64,000 bases of DNA from Pseudomonadota bacterium (GTDB taxonomy: Bacteria; Pseudomonadota; Alphaproteobacteria; Acetobacterales; Acetobacteraceae), in contig JAJXZO010000075.1 of assembly GCA_021780035.1 (NCBI GenBank), forward strand, positions 11,483-75,482. The letters are read 5' to 3'. The position numbers were made by a program, and so were the translations under genes. Under the pieces are notes generated by a model. That model saw only the letters and a list, made by a program, of their open reading frames with translations. It ran no database searches and was not told the DNA's origin. Each line of letters opens with the position of its first letter. Position 1 is the first letter of the stretch. Below, in pieces: positions 1 to 9,394 of the stretch.

Positions 1-528
1 TCGCGGCGCGACGGCCTGCCGCGGCGGTACCGGAGCAGGCACCGGGTGCGTGGGCGCGCGATGGTCCACGGGCGGAGCGGCCGGCGGCGCCTTCTCCGCC
101 GGAGTGGGAGCCGGCGCGTTGGTGGTGGCCGGAGCCAGCGCGGCCGCCGAGACGGTGACCGTGGGAGGTGGCACCGCCTTCGGCAGGGTGGCGTTCGGCG
201 CCTGCGGTTCCAGCGGCTTCGGCGCCACCGTCGGCGCGCCCACCGGCGGCAGGCGGCTTTCCAGATCGGCCCAAGTGGTGAACTGCCCGGGCGCCGTCGC
301 CTGCAGGTTCGGCAGGTACTGGCTGGAAAGCCCGGCAAGCCGCGACGGATCGTTGAGCAGCGTGTACTCGGCCTGCAGCAGCCCGGCCCGCTCGCGCGCC
401 GCATTGGCAAGTTTCATGGTGCGGGCGATCTCGGCATCGACCACGCGCGTCTGGTGCTTGACGTGGTACATCCAGAAAAACGCACCGACGAGAAGGGCGA
501 AGAAAATGCCAGTGATGGCGCGCGTCAT
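1..528 (-). CDS. ftsL: Cell division protein FtsL-like, with Pro/Ala-rich tail; 3' end runs off the window
   Basis: Not in the ORF track because it has no stop in the window. Read manually from ATG 528: [66 protein letters not shown] segment followed by a coiled coil; ATGA overlap with the rsmH stop; canonical mraZ-rsmH-ftsL order. Confidence 0.85.
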   Translation of the reverse strand, partial: MTRAITGIFFALLVGAFFWMYHVKHQTRVVDAEIARTMKLANAARERAGLLQAEYTLLNDPSRLAGLSSQYLPNLQATAPGQFTTWADLESRLPPVGAPTVAPKPLEPQAPNATLPKAVPPPTVTVSAAALAPATTNAPAPTPAEKAPPAAPPVDHRAPTHPVPAPVPPRQAVAPR

Positions 529-1472
529 GGTTCGCCGCCGTCGGCAGCGGGCAGACGCTCCATCGCCCTGAGCCTCGCACTGCGCGCCCGCGGATTGGCG
601 GCGACTTCCGCCGCGCCCGGCCGGGCGGCGTGCGGTGTGAGCAGTCGGAAGGCGGCAGCGCGATGCGGGATGGCACTCGCCGGGTCGTGGCGCGACGGTG
701 CCGGCGCGCGGCCCGAAACTTCGGCCATGAAGCGCTTTACCAGCCGGTCCTCGAGCGAGTGGAATGCCACCACAACCAGCCGCCCGCCGGGATTCAGGAG
801 TTTTGCGGCGGCGGCGAGCGCGCGCTCGAGTTCGCCAAGCTCGTCGTTCACGGCAATGCGCAGCGCCTGGAAACTCCGCGTCGCCGGATCGATGGCCGAA
901 GGCTTCCCAGGCACGACCGAGCGGATCACCTCGGCGAGGCGTGAGGTGGTGACGATCGGCGCAACCCCGCGCGCCGCGACGATGGCGCGGGCGATGCGCC
1001 GCGACGCCCTTTCCTCGCCGAAGCGGAACAGGAGGTCGGCAAGCTCGGCTTCGGGCAGGCGGTTCACCAGTTCGGCGGCGCTTGGCCCCGCCCGCTCCAT
1101 GCGCATGTCGAGCGGGCCTTCGAAGCGGAAGGAGAAACCGCGGGCGGCATCGTCGAGCTGGAAGGAGGAGACGCCGAGATCAAGCACCACGCCGTCGAGC
1201 GCGTACACGCCCTCGGCTTCGAGCAGCGCCGCGAGGTCGCCGATACGCCCCGGAAGCAGATGCAGCCGCCCCGGCCAGCGGGCGAGCGCGGTACCGCCGC
1301 GGACCAGCGCCTCCGGGTCGCGGTCGATCGCCCAGACGGTGCAGCGCGCGGCGCCGAGGATGGCCTCGCTCCAACCGCCGCCACCGAAGGTGCCGTCGCA
1401 GTACGAGCCGCCGTCGCGCGGGGCAAGTGCCGCCAGCATTTCCGCGCCCATCACCGGCAGATGCCCGTTCAC
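525..1472 (-). CDS. rsmH: 16S rRNA m4C1402 methyltransferase RsmH (MraW)
   Basis: Motifs [59 protein letters not shown] start at 1472 overlaps the mraZ stop (GTGA). Confidence 0.97.
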   Translation of the reverse strand: MNGHLPVMGAEMLAALAPRDGGSYCDGTFGGGGWSEAILGAARCTVWAIDRDPEALVRGGTALARWPGRLHLLPGRIGDLAALLEAEGVYALDGVVLDLGVSSFQLDDAARGFSFRFEGPLDMRMERAGPSAAELVNRLPEAELADLLFRFGEERASRRIARAIVAARGVAPIVTTSRLAEVIRSVVPGKPSAIDPATRSFQALRIAVNDELGELERALAAAAKLLNPGGRLVVVAFHSLEDRLVKRFMAEVSGRAPAPSRHDPASAIPHRAAAFRLLTPHAARPGAAEVAANPRARSARLRAMERLPAADGGEP

Positions 1473-1924
1473 GCTCCGCCACCGGGAAGCGTCGGGCGGC
1501 GTTCGGCAATCCGCGCCCGCACCGAGGCGACGTGCCGCTCGGCCGCGCCGGGCTCCCAGATTTCGAAGGTGCGGCCAAGCCCGAGAAACGTGACGAGACT
1601 GCCCAGCCCGGCATGCAGCTTGAGGCGCTCCGGAAGCACCACCCGCCCCTCCTTGTCGGCCTCCGCCGGAAAGGCATCCGCGAACAATGCCACCGCCAGA
1701 TCGTCCTGTTCCTCGCTGAACAGATCGAGTCGCTGCAACGGCGCCGACAGTGCCTCGAACGCCGGCAGGGGCCAGGCCTCGATGCATGGGCGCTTGTGCG
1801 ACGGACGCAACACCAAGCGGACGGAACCGTCCGCCGCCTTCAGCAGGGCGCGAAACGGCGCGGGAATGGAGACGCGTCCCTTGCCGTCGAGCTGGTTCTG
1901 GTGGGTGCCCATGAATTGGGACAT
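1469..1924 (-). CDS. mraZ: Division/cell-wall cluster transcriptional repressor MraZ
   Basis: [25 protein letters not shown] and second repeat DKEGRVVLP; located upstream of rsmH. Confidence 0.96.
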   Translation of the reverse strand: MSQFMGTHQNQLDGKGRVSIPAPFRALLKAADGSVRLVLRPSHKRPCIEAWPLPAFEALSAPLQRLDLFSEEQDDLAVALFADAFPAEADKEGRVVLPERLKLHAGLGSLVTFLGLGRTFEIWEPGAAERHVASVRARIAERRPTLPGGGA

Positions 1925-2015
1925 CCGGCTGCTCACCCTCCTCGCGTCGCCCGGTCCACCGGCGGTTCCGGCCGCCTCGACAGCATCACCCTCGGTGGCG
2001 CGGCGCCGCGGGTGA

Positions 2016-2050
2016 TGGGAAACATTGGGATAGCATGGGCAATGATGGGC
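2016..2050. promoter_or_regulatory. MraZ-binding direct repeats (4 x TGGGN, 10-bp period)
   Basis: TGGGA 2016, TGGGA 2026, TGGGC 2036 and TGGGC 2046 on the + strand, 92-126 bp upstream of the mraZ start. Matches the known MraZ operator architecture. Confidence 0.8.
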
Positions 2051-2217
2051 GTCAAAGCCAATCGTCAGATGAGCGCAAGGAAAATTTCGAAATTTCGCAA
2101 GGCCTGTACAACGGATTAGCGAAACGGCCGCAGTCGCGCCGCAGCCTGCGCATGTTCTTGTTTCATTCTCTTTTGTTCTTTTTATGTTCTGATTTCCGCC
2201 CCGTCCAGGGCAGACGG

Positions 2218-2610
2218 CCAGACGGTCTGTAAGCCGGGTTCTGTCCAGCCTCGCGGCTGGGACGGCCATTCCTCTGGGACCCGCCTCACGGCGGGCCTCA
2301 CGCGACCAACCCGGGCGACGGGGCGGGAATGCCCTCGCGGCATGGCGTTTGCCATCCGCCGGTCGCCCCTATTCGGTCTTGCTCCCGGTGGGGTTTGCCG
2401 TGCCGCCCCCGTTGCCGGGGGCGCGGGGCGCTCTTACCGCTCCGTTTCACCCTTGCCCGCGAGGAGTTGCCTCCCGGCGCGGGCGGTTTGTTTTCTGTGG
2501 CACTTTCCCTGGGGTCGCCCCCGCCGGCGGTTAGCCGGCACCGTATTCCCGTGGAGCCCGGACTTTCCTCCACCGGGGTTGCCCCCGGCAGCGGCCGTCC
2601 GACCGTCTGG
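2218..2610 (-). ncRNA. rnpB: RNase P RNA (bacterial type A)
   Basis: Minus strand contains GAGGAAAGTCCGGGCTCC near the 5' end and ACAGAACCCGGCTTAC near the 3' end. The P1 helix pairs 2601-2610 with 2218-2227. Ends approximate. Confidence 0.97.
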
Positions 2611-2642
2611 CGTCCTGCAGATGGACCGTCGCGAAGCGGCCG

Positions 2643-3377
2643 TCAACCACCGGCGCAGAGCGTCGCCACGGCTTCGATGCGCGCCCGGGTGCCGCGATCG
2701 GCGAGCCCCGTCACCGCCTCGCCCCGCCAGTGGCGCTGGAAGGCGCGGAGCACGGAGCCGAGCGGGGCGTCGAGGCCGCCGGCGGGCGCCACCTCGTAGC
2801 CGATCAGGGCGAGCGCCGCCCGTACCGGCTTGAGCGCCACCTCCCCGTCGTCCGCGTCGCCGGTGGCAGCGCCGTCCACCCCTTCCGGCCACAGGCCGAT
2901 GCCCTGCCGGGCAAGGCCGCGCCAGTCGAACTTCTCGCCCGGGTCCTGCTTGCGGTGAGGCGCGACGTCGGCGTGGCCGACGACATTTCGCGCCGGGATC
3001 GGGTGGCGGGCCAGGATCTCCCGGCAGAGCGCGGCCACCGCCGCCATCTGCGCGGGCGGAAATTCCGGATAGCCGAAGTCGTGGCCGGGATTGACGATCT
3101 CGATGCCAACGGAGCGCAGGTTCACGCTCCGCGCGCCGCGCCAGCAGGAAACGCCGGCGTGGTAGGCCACGCGCTCCTCGCCCACCAGGCACAGCACGCC
3201 ACCCGCCTCGTCCACCACGTAATGCGACGAGACCCTGGCTTCCGTATCGCAAAGCCGTGCCACCGCCGCCTCGCCGCTTTCCATGCCGGTGTAGTGCAGG
3301 ACGAGCGTGTCCACCGCGACACCCGCCGGGCGTTCGGCGAAATTGGGGCTCGGGCGCTCGACGATGGCGAGATTCAC
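2643..3377 (-). CDS. N-acetylmuramoyl-L-alanine amidase (AmpD/AmiD family, Amidase_2 plus PG-binding tail)
   Basis: PSPNF, LVLHYTGM, SSHYVV, AYHAG, GHADVAPHRKQDPGE. GTG start overlaps the djlA stop. Confidence 0.92.
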   Translation of the reverse strand: MNLAIVERPSPNFAERPAGVAVDTLVLHYTGMESGEAAVARLCDTEARVSSHYVVDEAGGVLCLVGEERVAYHAGVSCWRGARSVNLRSVGIEIVNPGHDFGYPEFPPAQMAAVAALCREILARHPIPARNVVGHADVAPHRKQDPGEKFDWRGLARQGIGLWPEGVDGAATGDADDGEVALKPVRAALALIGYEVAPAGGLDAPLGSVLRAFQRHWRGEAVTGLADRGTRARIEAVATLCAGG

Positions 3378-4141
3378 AGCCGCCGCTCGCGCTTGATGCG
3401 GTCCCAGGCGGCGTTCACCCGCGCCAGACGGTCCGACGCGCGGGAGACCTGTTCGGGCGTGGCGCCGCTGCCGGCCATGCCATCCGGGTGCAACTCCCGC
3501 GCAAGCCGCCGCCACGCGGCGCGCACCTCCGTGTCGCCCGCGCCTGGTTCGAGGCCGAGCACCGCGTAGGGGTTCTCCCCCGCATCCTCGCGCGCCCTCT
3601 CGCCGCTCGCCCGCTCCCAGGCGGCCCGGTCGAGCCCGAATGCCGCGTGGACCTGGCGGAGATAGGCCACCTCGCCGTTGGTGAGCGGCCGGTCGGCCCG
3701 GGCGATGGCGAACAGCGCTCGCAGCATGTCTTCGAGCGCGCCGAGGTTGTCGGCGAAGGCGCGGCCAAGCTGGCGGGCGTAGGGCTCGAAGCCGTCGGCG
3801 CTGTCGCGCGACTCGTCGAACAGCCGGCCGATCTGCCGCGCCGCCTGCGGCGGAATCTGGAAGTGCCGCTTGAACGCCTGGATTTCCGCGCGGTTCACCG
3901 GGCCGTCGCACTTGGCAAGCTTGGCCGACAGCACCACCGCGGCAATCACGAATGTCTGCTCGCGCGGGACGAAGCGCGTCGCCATCGACGCGGCGTCCAG
4001 CCGCGGCACGCCGGGAAGGCCGAAGCGGAATTCGCGGAAGTTGCCCGTTTCGGCGGCATGACCCATAGCGGCGCCGGCAACCGCGCCGAACGGCCCGCCC
4101 ATGGCAAACCCCGCCACCGCACCGATGATCTTGCCCCACAC
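3374..4141 (-). CDS. djlA: DnaJ-like co-chaperone DjlA (TM + TerB-like + J domain)
   Basis: WGKIIGAVAGFAMGGPFGA N-terminus, KLAKCDG, NPYAVLG...LHPD J-domain motif. Confidence 0.9.
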   Translation of the reverse strand: MWGKIIGAVAGFAMGGPFGAVAGAAMGHAAETGNFREFRFGLPGVPRLDAASMATRFVPREQTFVIAAVVLSAKLAKCDGPVNRAEIQAFKRHFQIPPQAARQIGRLFDESRDSADGFEPYARQLGRAFADNLGALEDMLRALFAIARADRPLTNGEVAYLRQVHAAFGLDRAAWERASGERAREDAGENPYAVLGLEPGAGDTEVRAAWRRLARELHPDGMAGSGATPEQVSRASDRLARVNAAWDRIKRERRL

Positions 4142-4240
4142 GGGCTGGCCCCTTCTCGCAGAGCCCGCCGGCTGTATCACGCGCCGGTTGCCAAGAGCAA
4201 AACACGGAGGCCGGAGCGGAGGAAACCGGCAGGAAGCGGC

Positions 4241-4414
4241 TCAGGCGGCCGCCGGCTTCTCCCCACACACGCGGAAGGCGAGTTTCAGCAGGCACTCGGC
4301 GGTTCGAGAAAGGCCGGCGCGGTCGGCGTCCTCGGCGAGGGACAGCAGACGGTCGCACAGCATCAGCGGGCTTGACGCCAGTTTCGGCGTTTCGGCGAAA
4401 CGGGGCTGCAACAT
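4241..4414 (-). CDS. Small hypothetical protein (57 aa)
   Basis: MLQPRFAETPKLASSPLMLCDRLLSLAEDADRAGLSRTAECLLKLAFRVCGEKPAAA. GAGGA RBS 8 nt before ATG 4414; fills an otherwise empty gap. Confidence 0.65.
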   Translation of the reverse strand: MLQPRFAETPKLASSPLMLCDRLLSLAEDADRAGLSRTAECLLKLAFRVCGEKPAAA

Positions 4415-4525
4415 CGGAACGGTCCTCGAGTTGGGTTTTTCCAAAACGACGCGGCGTTCAACGCGGGAAGGCGAACCGGAATTTGCGGTTCGCCCCTATT
4501 GCAGCAGCGCTGTCCTGCGGAATGG

Positions 4526-4738
4526 TTAACGCGGCGCGGATGCGTGCAACAAGGCGTGCACCCGGAGGCAGGAGGCGAGCGGCTGGTCCGGGCCGCGCTC
4601 ACGGTCGATCACGCTGACCAGCGCCGACAGCGACTGCCCGCGCTCGGTGGCCTCCGCCTCCAGCGCGCGCCAGAACTCCGCTTCGAGCGCGACGCTGGTG
4701 CGGTGGCCGGAAAGGGAAAAGCTGCGCTTGCTCAACAT
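4526..4738 (-). CDS. Ribbon-helix-helix domain protein (RHH_4 type)
   Basis: KRSFSLSGHRTSVALEAEFWRAL...SLSALVSVID...LASCLRV is the typical alphaproteobacterial RHH_4 pattern. Confidence 0.85.
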   Translation of the reverse strand: MLSKRSFSLSGHRTSVALEAEFWRALEAEATERGQSLSALVSVIDRERGPDQPLASCLRVHALLHASAPR

Positions 4739-4825
4739 CGCCGATTGCACCCGCCCTATCTTCGGACCAGAGCATCCACCCGCGTGGCCGCAATCGACGC
4801 ATATCCGAAATGCCGAAAACGCAAT

Positions 4826-5863
4826 TCAGGTGCCGCCGTCGAGCTGCGCCACGGCCCAGGCGGCCGCCTCGGCCAGCACCGGATCGGCATCCGCCAGATG
4901 CGCCGCCGCCGCGGGCGCGAGGGCGGGATCGCCCGAATTGCCGATGGCGATCATCACGTTGCGGAGGAACCGCGCGAGGCCGAGGCGCCGTACCGGCGTC
5001 GCGACGAAGCGGGCGGCGAACCCCGCCGCGTCCAGCCCGGCGAATTCGGCCAGATCCGCCGCTGCCAGCGCCGGGCGGGCGGCGAGCGCCATCTCTCCGC
5101 TTTCCCTGGCGAAGCGGTTCCACGGGCAGGCGGCGAGGCAGTCGTCGCAGCCGAAGATGCGGTTGCCCATGGCCGGGCGCAGGTCGGCCGGGATCGGCCC
5201 TTGGTGCTCGATGGTGAGGTAGGCGAGGCAGCGGCGCGGCTCCAGCCGGTAGGGCTCGGCCAGCGCGTCCGTCGGGCAGGCGGCACGGCAGCGCTCGCAT
5301 CTGCCGCAGCGGTCAGGGTGCGGCGCGTCGGGCGGCAGGTCGAGAGTGGTGAACACCTCGCCGAGCAACAACCAGTTGCCGTGCCTTTGCGACACCAGAT
5401 TGGTGTGCTTGCCCACCCAGCCGAGCCCGGCTTGTGCCGCGAGCGGCTTTTCCAGCACCGGCGCGGTATCGACGAATACTTTCACCTCACCGCCGAAGCG
5501 CGAGACGATGAACTGCGCCAGGTGCTTGAGCTTTCCCTTCAGCACGTCGTGGTAGTCGCGGGCCTGGGCATAGGCGGCGATCACGCCCCGTCCCGGTTTC
5601 GCCTCCGCTGCCAGCGGCGGCGTGTAGGCAAGCCCGAGGCAGACGACGCTCCGCGCTCCGGTCCACAGCGCTCGCGGTTCGCGGCGCTCCTCGATGCGCC
5701 GGGCGAGCCACTGCATGTCGCCGTGGCGGCCCTCGGCGCAGAAGCGGCGCAGATACGCGTCGTGCTCGGCGGGCAGCGTCGCCGTGGTGATGCCCACCGC
5801 GGCGAAGCCGAGGGCCGTGGCCCTGGCTCGAATCGCCTCAGCCGCGGCCGCGGTAGGGGGCAA
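4826..5863 (-). CDS. queG: Epoxyqueuosine reductase QueG
   Basis: [58 protein letters not shown]. Start uncertain (TTG 5863 chosen). Confidence 0.93.
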   Translation of the reverse strand: MPPTAAAAEAIRARATALGFAAVGITTATLPAEHDAYLRRFCAEGRHGDMQWLARRIEERREPRALWTGARSVVCLGLAYTPPLAAEAKPGRGVIAAYAQARDYHDVLKGKLKHLAQFIVSRFGGEVKVFVDTAPVLEKPLAAQAGLGWVGKHTNLVSQRHGNWLLLGEVFTTLDLPPDAPHPDRCGRCERCRAACPTDALAEPYRLEPRRCLAYLTIEHQGPIPADLRPAMGNRIFGCDDCLAACPWNRFARESGEMALAARPALAAADLAEFAGLDAAGFAARFVATPVRRLGLARFLRNVMIAIGNSGDPALAPAAAAHLADADPVLAEAAAWAVAQLDGGT

Positions 5864-6302
5864 CCCCCGGCTCCGGAATCCAGACGTCGGCGGGGGGCGC
5901 GGCCGTCTGCCAGAAGACGTCGATCGGCATGCCGCCGCGCGGATACCAGTATCCACCGATGCGCAGCCACTGGGGTTCGAGTTCGGCCACCAGGCGTTTC
6001 GCCACCGCGAGCGTGCAGTCCTCGTGGAAGGCGCCGTGGTTGCGAAAGGCGGCGAGGTAGAGCTTGAGCGACTTGCTCTCGACGATCCACGCGCGCGGTA
6101 CGTAGTCGATCACCAGGTGCGCGAAGTCGGGCTGGCCGGTGATGGGGCAGAGCGACGTGAACTCGGGCACGGCGAAGCGCACCACGTAGGCGGCATCGGG
6201 ATGCGGATTCGTCACCCGCTCCAGCACCGCCTCCGTCGGGCTTGCCGGGATCCCCGCCGGCCGGCCGAGTTGGGTGAGCCCCTGGATCGGATGATCGGTC
6301 AC
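5838..6302 (-). CDS. queF: NADPH-dependent preQ0 reductase QueF (type I)
   Basis: [41 protein letters not shown] start overlaps the tgt stop. Confidence 0.96.
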   Translation of the reverse strand: MTDHPIQGLTQLGRPAGIPASPTEAVLERVTNPHPDAAYVVRFAVPEFTSLCPITGQPDFAHLVIDYVPRAWIVESKSLKLYLAAFRNHGAFHEDCTLAVAKRLVAELEPQWLRIGGYWYPRGGMPIDVFWQTAAPPADVWIPEPGVAPYRGRG

Positions 6303-7417
6303 GCCTCGTCTCCCGCGGCCCAGCCGGCACGAATGGCCGCTGCCTCCGCTTCCAGCCGGCCCGCGACGATCGAAGCGCGCAGGCGGCGCATCAGGTGCTG
6401 ATAGTAGTGCAGATTGTGCCAGGTCAGCAGCATCGGCCCCAGCATCTCGCCGCAGCGGAACAGGTGGTGCAGGTAGGCGCGAGTGTGGCAGCTGCACAGG
6501 GGGCAGGCGCAACCCAGATCGAGCGGGCGGGGGTCGGCGGCGAAGCGGGCGTTGCGCAGGTTGAACACCCCGCGCGCGGTGAAGGCGCGGCCGGTGCGCC
6601 CGGCGCGGGTTGGGATGACGCAGTCGAACATATCGACGCCGCGCGCCACCGCGCCGAGCAGGTCGTCCGGCGTGCCCACCCCCATCAGATAGCGGGGGCG
6701 GCCGGTGGGCAGCGCCGGCACCGTGTCGTCCAACACCGCGAACATCAGTTCCTGCCCCTCGCCCACGGCGAGGCCGCCGATGGCGAGCCCGGCGAAGTCG
6801 AGCGGCAGCAGCGCCGCGACGGAAGCGAGCCGCAGTTCCTTGAGCGTTCCGCCCTGGACGATGCCGAATGCGCCGTAGCCCTGCCGCTCGACGAAGGCGT
6901 CGCGCGAGCGCGCCGCCCAGCGCATGGAAAGGTCGAGCGCCCGCCTGACCTCCGCCTCCGGCGAGGGGTACGGGGTGCAGGCGTCGAGCACCATGCTGAT
7001 GGTGGAATCGAGCTGGTGCTGGATAGCCATGGCGCTCTCGGGCGTCAGCCTCTGCGCGCTGCCGTCGTGGTGCGAGCGGAAGGTGACGCCGTCTTCGTCG
7101 ATGCGGCGGAGCGCGGCAAGCGACATCACCTGGAAGCCGCCCGAATCGGTGAGGATCGGGCCGGGCCAGTCCATCATCCGGTGCAGGCCGCCGAGTGCCG
7201 CCACGCGTTCCGCGCCGGGGCGGAGCATCAGGTGGTAGGTGTTGCCGAGGACGATGCCGGCGCCCGTAGCGCGCACCGCCTCCGCCGTCATCGCCTTCAC
7301 CGTGCCGTTGGTGCCGACCGGCATGAAGGTGGGCGTTTCCACCTCGCCGTGCGCGGTGGCGAGCACGCCGGCGCGGGCGGCGCCATCGGCGGCGGTCTGG
7401 CTCCAGCGAAGCGTCAT
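6299..7417 (-). CDS. tgt: tRNA-guanine transglycosylase Tgt
   Basis: [35 protein letters not shown], and Zn site CACPLC...H. Confidence 0.97.
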   Translation of the reverse strand: MTLRWSQTAADGAARAGVLATAHGEVETPTFMPVGTNGTVKAMTAEAVRATGAGIVLGNTYHLMLRPGAERVAALGGLHRMMDWPGPILTDSGGFQVMSLAALRRIDEDGVTFRSHHDGSAQRLTPESAMAIQHQLDSTISMVLDACTPYPSPEAEVRRALDLSMRWAARSRDAFVERQGYGAFGIVQGGTLKELRLASVAALLPLDFAGLAIGGLAVGEGQELMFAVLDDTVPALPTGRPRYLMGVGTPDDLLGAVARGVDMFDCVIPTRAGRTGRAFTARGVFNLRNARFAADPRPLDLGCACPLCSCHTRAYLHHLFRCGEMLGPMLLTWHNLHYYQHLMRRLRASIVAGRLEAEAAAIRAGWAAGDEA

Positions 7418-8445
7418 GCGCGCTCCAGCAGCGTGGCATCGCCGTAGGAATAGAAGCGGTAGCCCCTCTCCACCGCGTGCGCGTAGGCGGCCTGCATGCG
7501 CGCCGTGCCGGCGAAGGCGCAGACCAGCATGAACAGGCTCGAACGCGGCAGGTGGAAGTTGGTGAGCAGCAGCGAGGCCGAGCGGAAGCGGTGGCCAGGG
7601 CGGATGAAGAGTTCGGTGTCGCCGGCGAACGGATGCAGCACGCCATCGGCGTCGGTCGCGGTCTCCAGCAGCCGGAGCGAAGTGGTGCCGACGGCGAGGA
7701 CGCGGCCGCCGCTGGCGCGCGCCGCGTTCACCGCTGCCGCCGTCTCCCTGCCGACGATGCCGCGCTCGGAGTGCAGGCGGTGGCGGTCGAGGTCGGCCTC
7801 GCGCAGCGGCAGGAAGGTGCCGGCACCCACATGCAGCGTCACGGTGACGCTCGCCACGCCCCGCTCCTTCAGCGCCGCCACCAGGCCGGGGGTGAAGTGC
7901 AGCCCGGCAGTGGGCGCGGCCACCGCGCCTTCATGCAGGGCGAACAGCGTCTGATAGTCCTGCTCGTCGGCCGGTTCCGGCCCGTGTGGACGGGCGATGT
8001 AGGGCGGCAGGGCGAGCGCGCCCGCGCGCCGCAGCGCCGCGTCGAAAGCCGCGCCCTCGCGGTTGAAGGCGAGCGCCACGCCGCCGTCCGCGTCGCGGCG
8101 CAGCACGCGGGCGCCGAGGCCGCCGGCGAAGGCAATCTCGTCGCCGGCGCGAAGCCGGCGCGCGTTGCGGGCGAGCGCGTGCCACGAGCCGTCGGCGAGC
8201 GGGCGGTCGAGCGTGATGCCGACGCGCGCCTCGCCGCGACGGCCTTCGAGCTGCGCCGGGATCACCCGCGTGTCGTTCGCCACCAGCAGGTCGCCGGGGC
8301 GAAGCAGCGAAGGGAGATCGCGCACCCGATGGTCGCGGAGGCCGCCGCCGCTCACGTGCAGCAGGCGCGCGCTGTCGCGCGGGCGGGCCGGATGCTGGGC
8401 AATGCGCTCGGGGGGCAGCGGAAAGTCGAAGTCGGCGGCCTGCAT
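7414..8445 (-). CDS. queA: SAM:tRNA ribosyltransferase-isomerase QueA
   Basis: [62 protein letters not shown]. Confidence 0.97.
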   Translation of the reverse strand: MQAADFDFPLPPERIAQHPARPRDSARLLHVSGGGLRDHRVRDLPSLLRPGDLLVANDTRVIPAQLEGRRGEARVGITLDRPLADGSWHALARNARRLRAGDEIAFAGGLGARVLRRDADGGVALAFNREGAAFDAALRRAGALALPPYIARPHGPEPADEQDYQTLFALHEGAVAAPTAGLHFTPGLVAALKERGVASVTVTLHVGAGTFLPLREADLDRHRLHSERGIVGRETAAAVNAARASGGRVLAVGTTSLRLLETATDADGVLHPFAGDTELFIRPGHRFRSASLLLTNFHLPRSSLFMLVCAFAGTARMQAAYAHAVERGYRFYSYGDATLLERA

Positions 8446-8987
8446 CAGGCTGGCTGTGGGGTGAAGCGACGCACGAGCCGCACCAGGGGAACGCTGATCG
8501 CCACCGCCCATGCCTTGCCCACGATCTGCCCCGGCAGATAGGCGAGGCTGCCGAAGGCGACGGTAAGGAAAACGAGGGAATCGACAACGAGGCCGAGCGA
8601 GGCGGAGGCGACCACCGCGCTCACCAGCCCACGCCGCTGCAAAGGCGTATAGACCGCGAAATCGGCCAGTTCGCTGAGCAAAAAGGCGAGCGCCGAGGCC
8701 ACCACCACGTGCGGATCGGCGAGCAGCGCCGAGAGCAACGTGCCGCCCAGAACCGCGAGCAGGCTCCAGCGCGCGCCGAGGCAGCGCTGCACCACGTCGC
8801 GCAGCACCAGGGCGAATCCCGCGATCGCCACCCCCGAGGGTGCCATCAGCCCCGGCGCCACCGGCACGAGGCACGGCCCGTGCAGGCTGCATACCGTGCC
8901 GACGTGGCCGATCATCCAGTTGGCGAGCGGAATGCTGCCCAGGAAGCCGAGCAGGCAGGCGAAGCCGATGCGGCGGGAACGCTCCAT
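8445..8987 (-). CDS. VUT/YhhQ-family queuosine precursor transporter
   Basis: Hydrophobic multi-TM protein with ANW, APSG...LVLRDVVQR, ASALAFLLSELADFAVYTPL, DSLVFL, GQIVGK. TGATG overlap with queA. Confidence 0.8.
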   Translation of the reverse strand: MERSRRIGFACLLGFLGSIPLANWMIGHVGTVCSLHGPCLVPVAPGLMAPSGVAIAGFALVLRDVVQRCLGARWSLLAVLGGTLLSALLADPHVVVASALAFLLSELADFAVYTPLQRRGLVSAVVASASLGLVVDSLVFLTVAFGSLAYLPGQIVGKAWAVAISVPLVRLVRRFTPQPA

Positions 8988-8988
8988 C

Positions 8989-9390
8989 TCAGCTCCGCAA
9001 ATAGCTGGCGATTTCGATCAGATTGCCGTCGGGGTCGCGGCAATAGACCGACGTCATCGGCCCCAGCGCGCCGAGGCGCTCCACCGGCCCCGCCTCCACT
9101 GTCACCCGGCAGTCGTGCAGGTGCGCGACGACGTCCAGTATCGGCATGGCGCTGACGAAGCAGAGATCGGCGGCGCCGGCGACCGCCTCGCGGCCGGTTG
9201 CCCAGGCGTGGGCATCGGCTGCGAGCGGGCGGAGGTTGATCTTCTGCCCGCCGAACTTGAGTGCGGTGCGGTTGTCGCGGCCGTAGCCCTCCGGCTCCAT
9301 GCCGAGCACACGCTGGTACCACGCGGCGGCGATTTCGATGTCCGCCACGTTCAGCACGACATGATCGATGCGATCGACGGTGAAGCGCAT
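8989..9390 (-). CDS. VOC/glyoxalase-family protein (YaeR-like)
   Basis: IDHVVLNV, FGGQKINL, ADLCF, SVYCRDPDGNLIEI. Confidence 0.88.
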   Translation of the reverse strand: MRFTVDRIDHVVLNVADIEIAAAWYQRVLGMEPEGYGRDNRTALKFGGQKINLRPLAADAHAWATGREAVAGAADLCFVSAMPILDVVAHLHDCRVTVEAGPVERLGALGPMTSVYCRDPDGNLIEIASYLRS

Positions 9391-9394
9391 CGGC

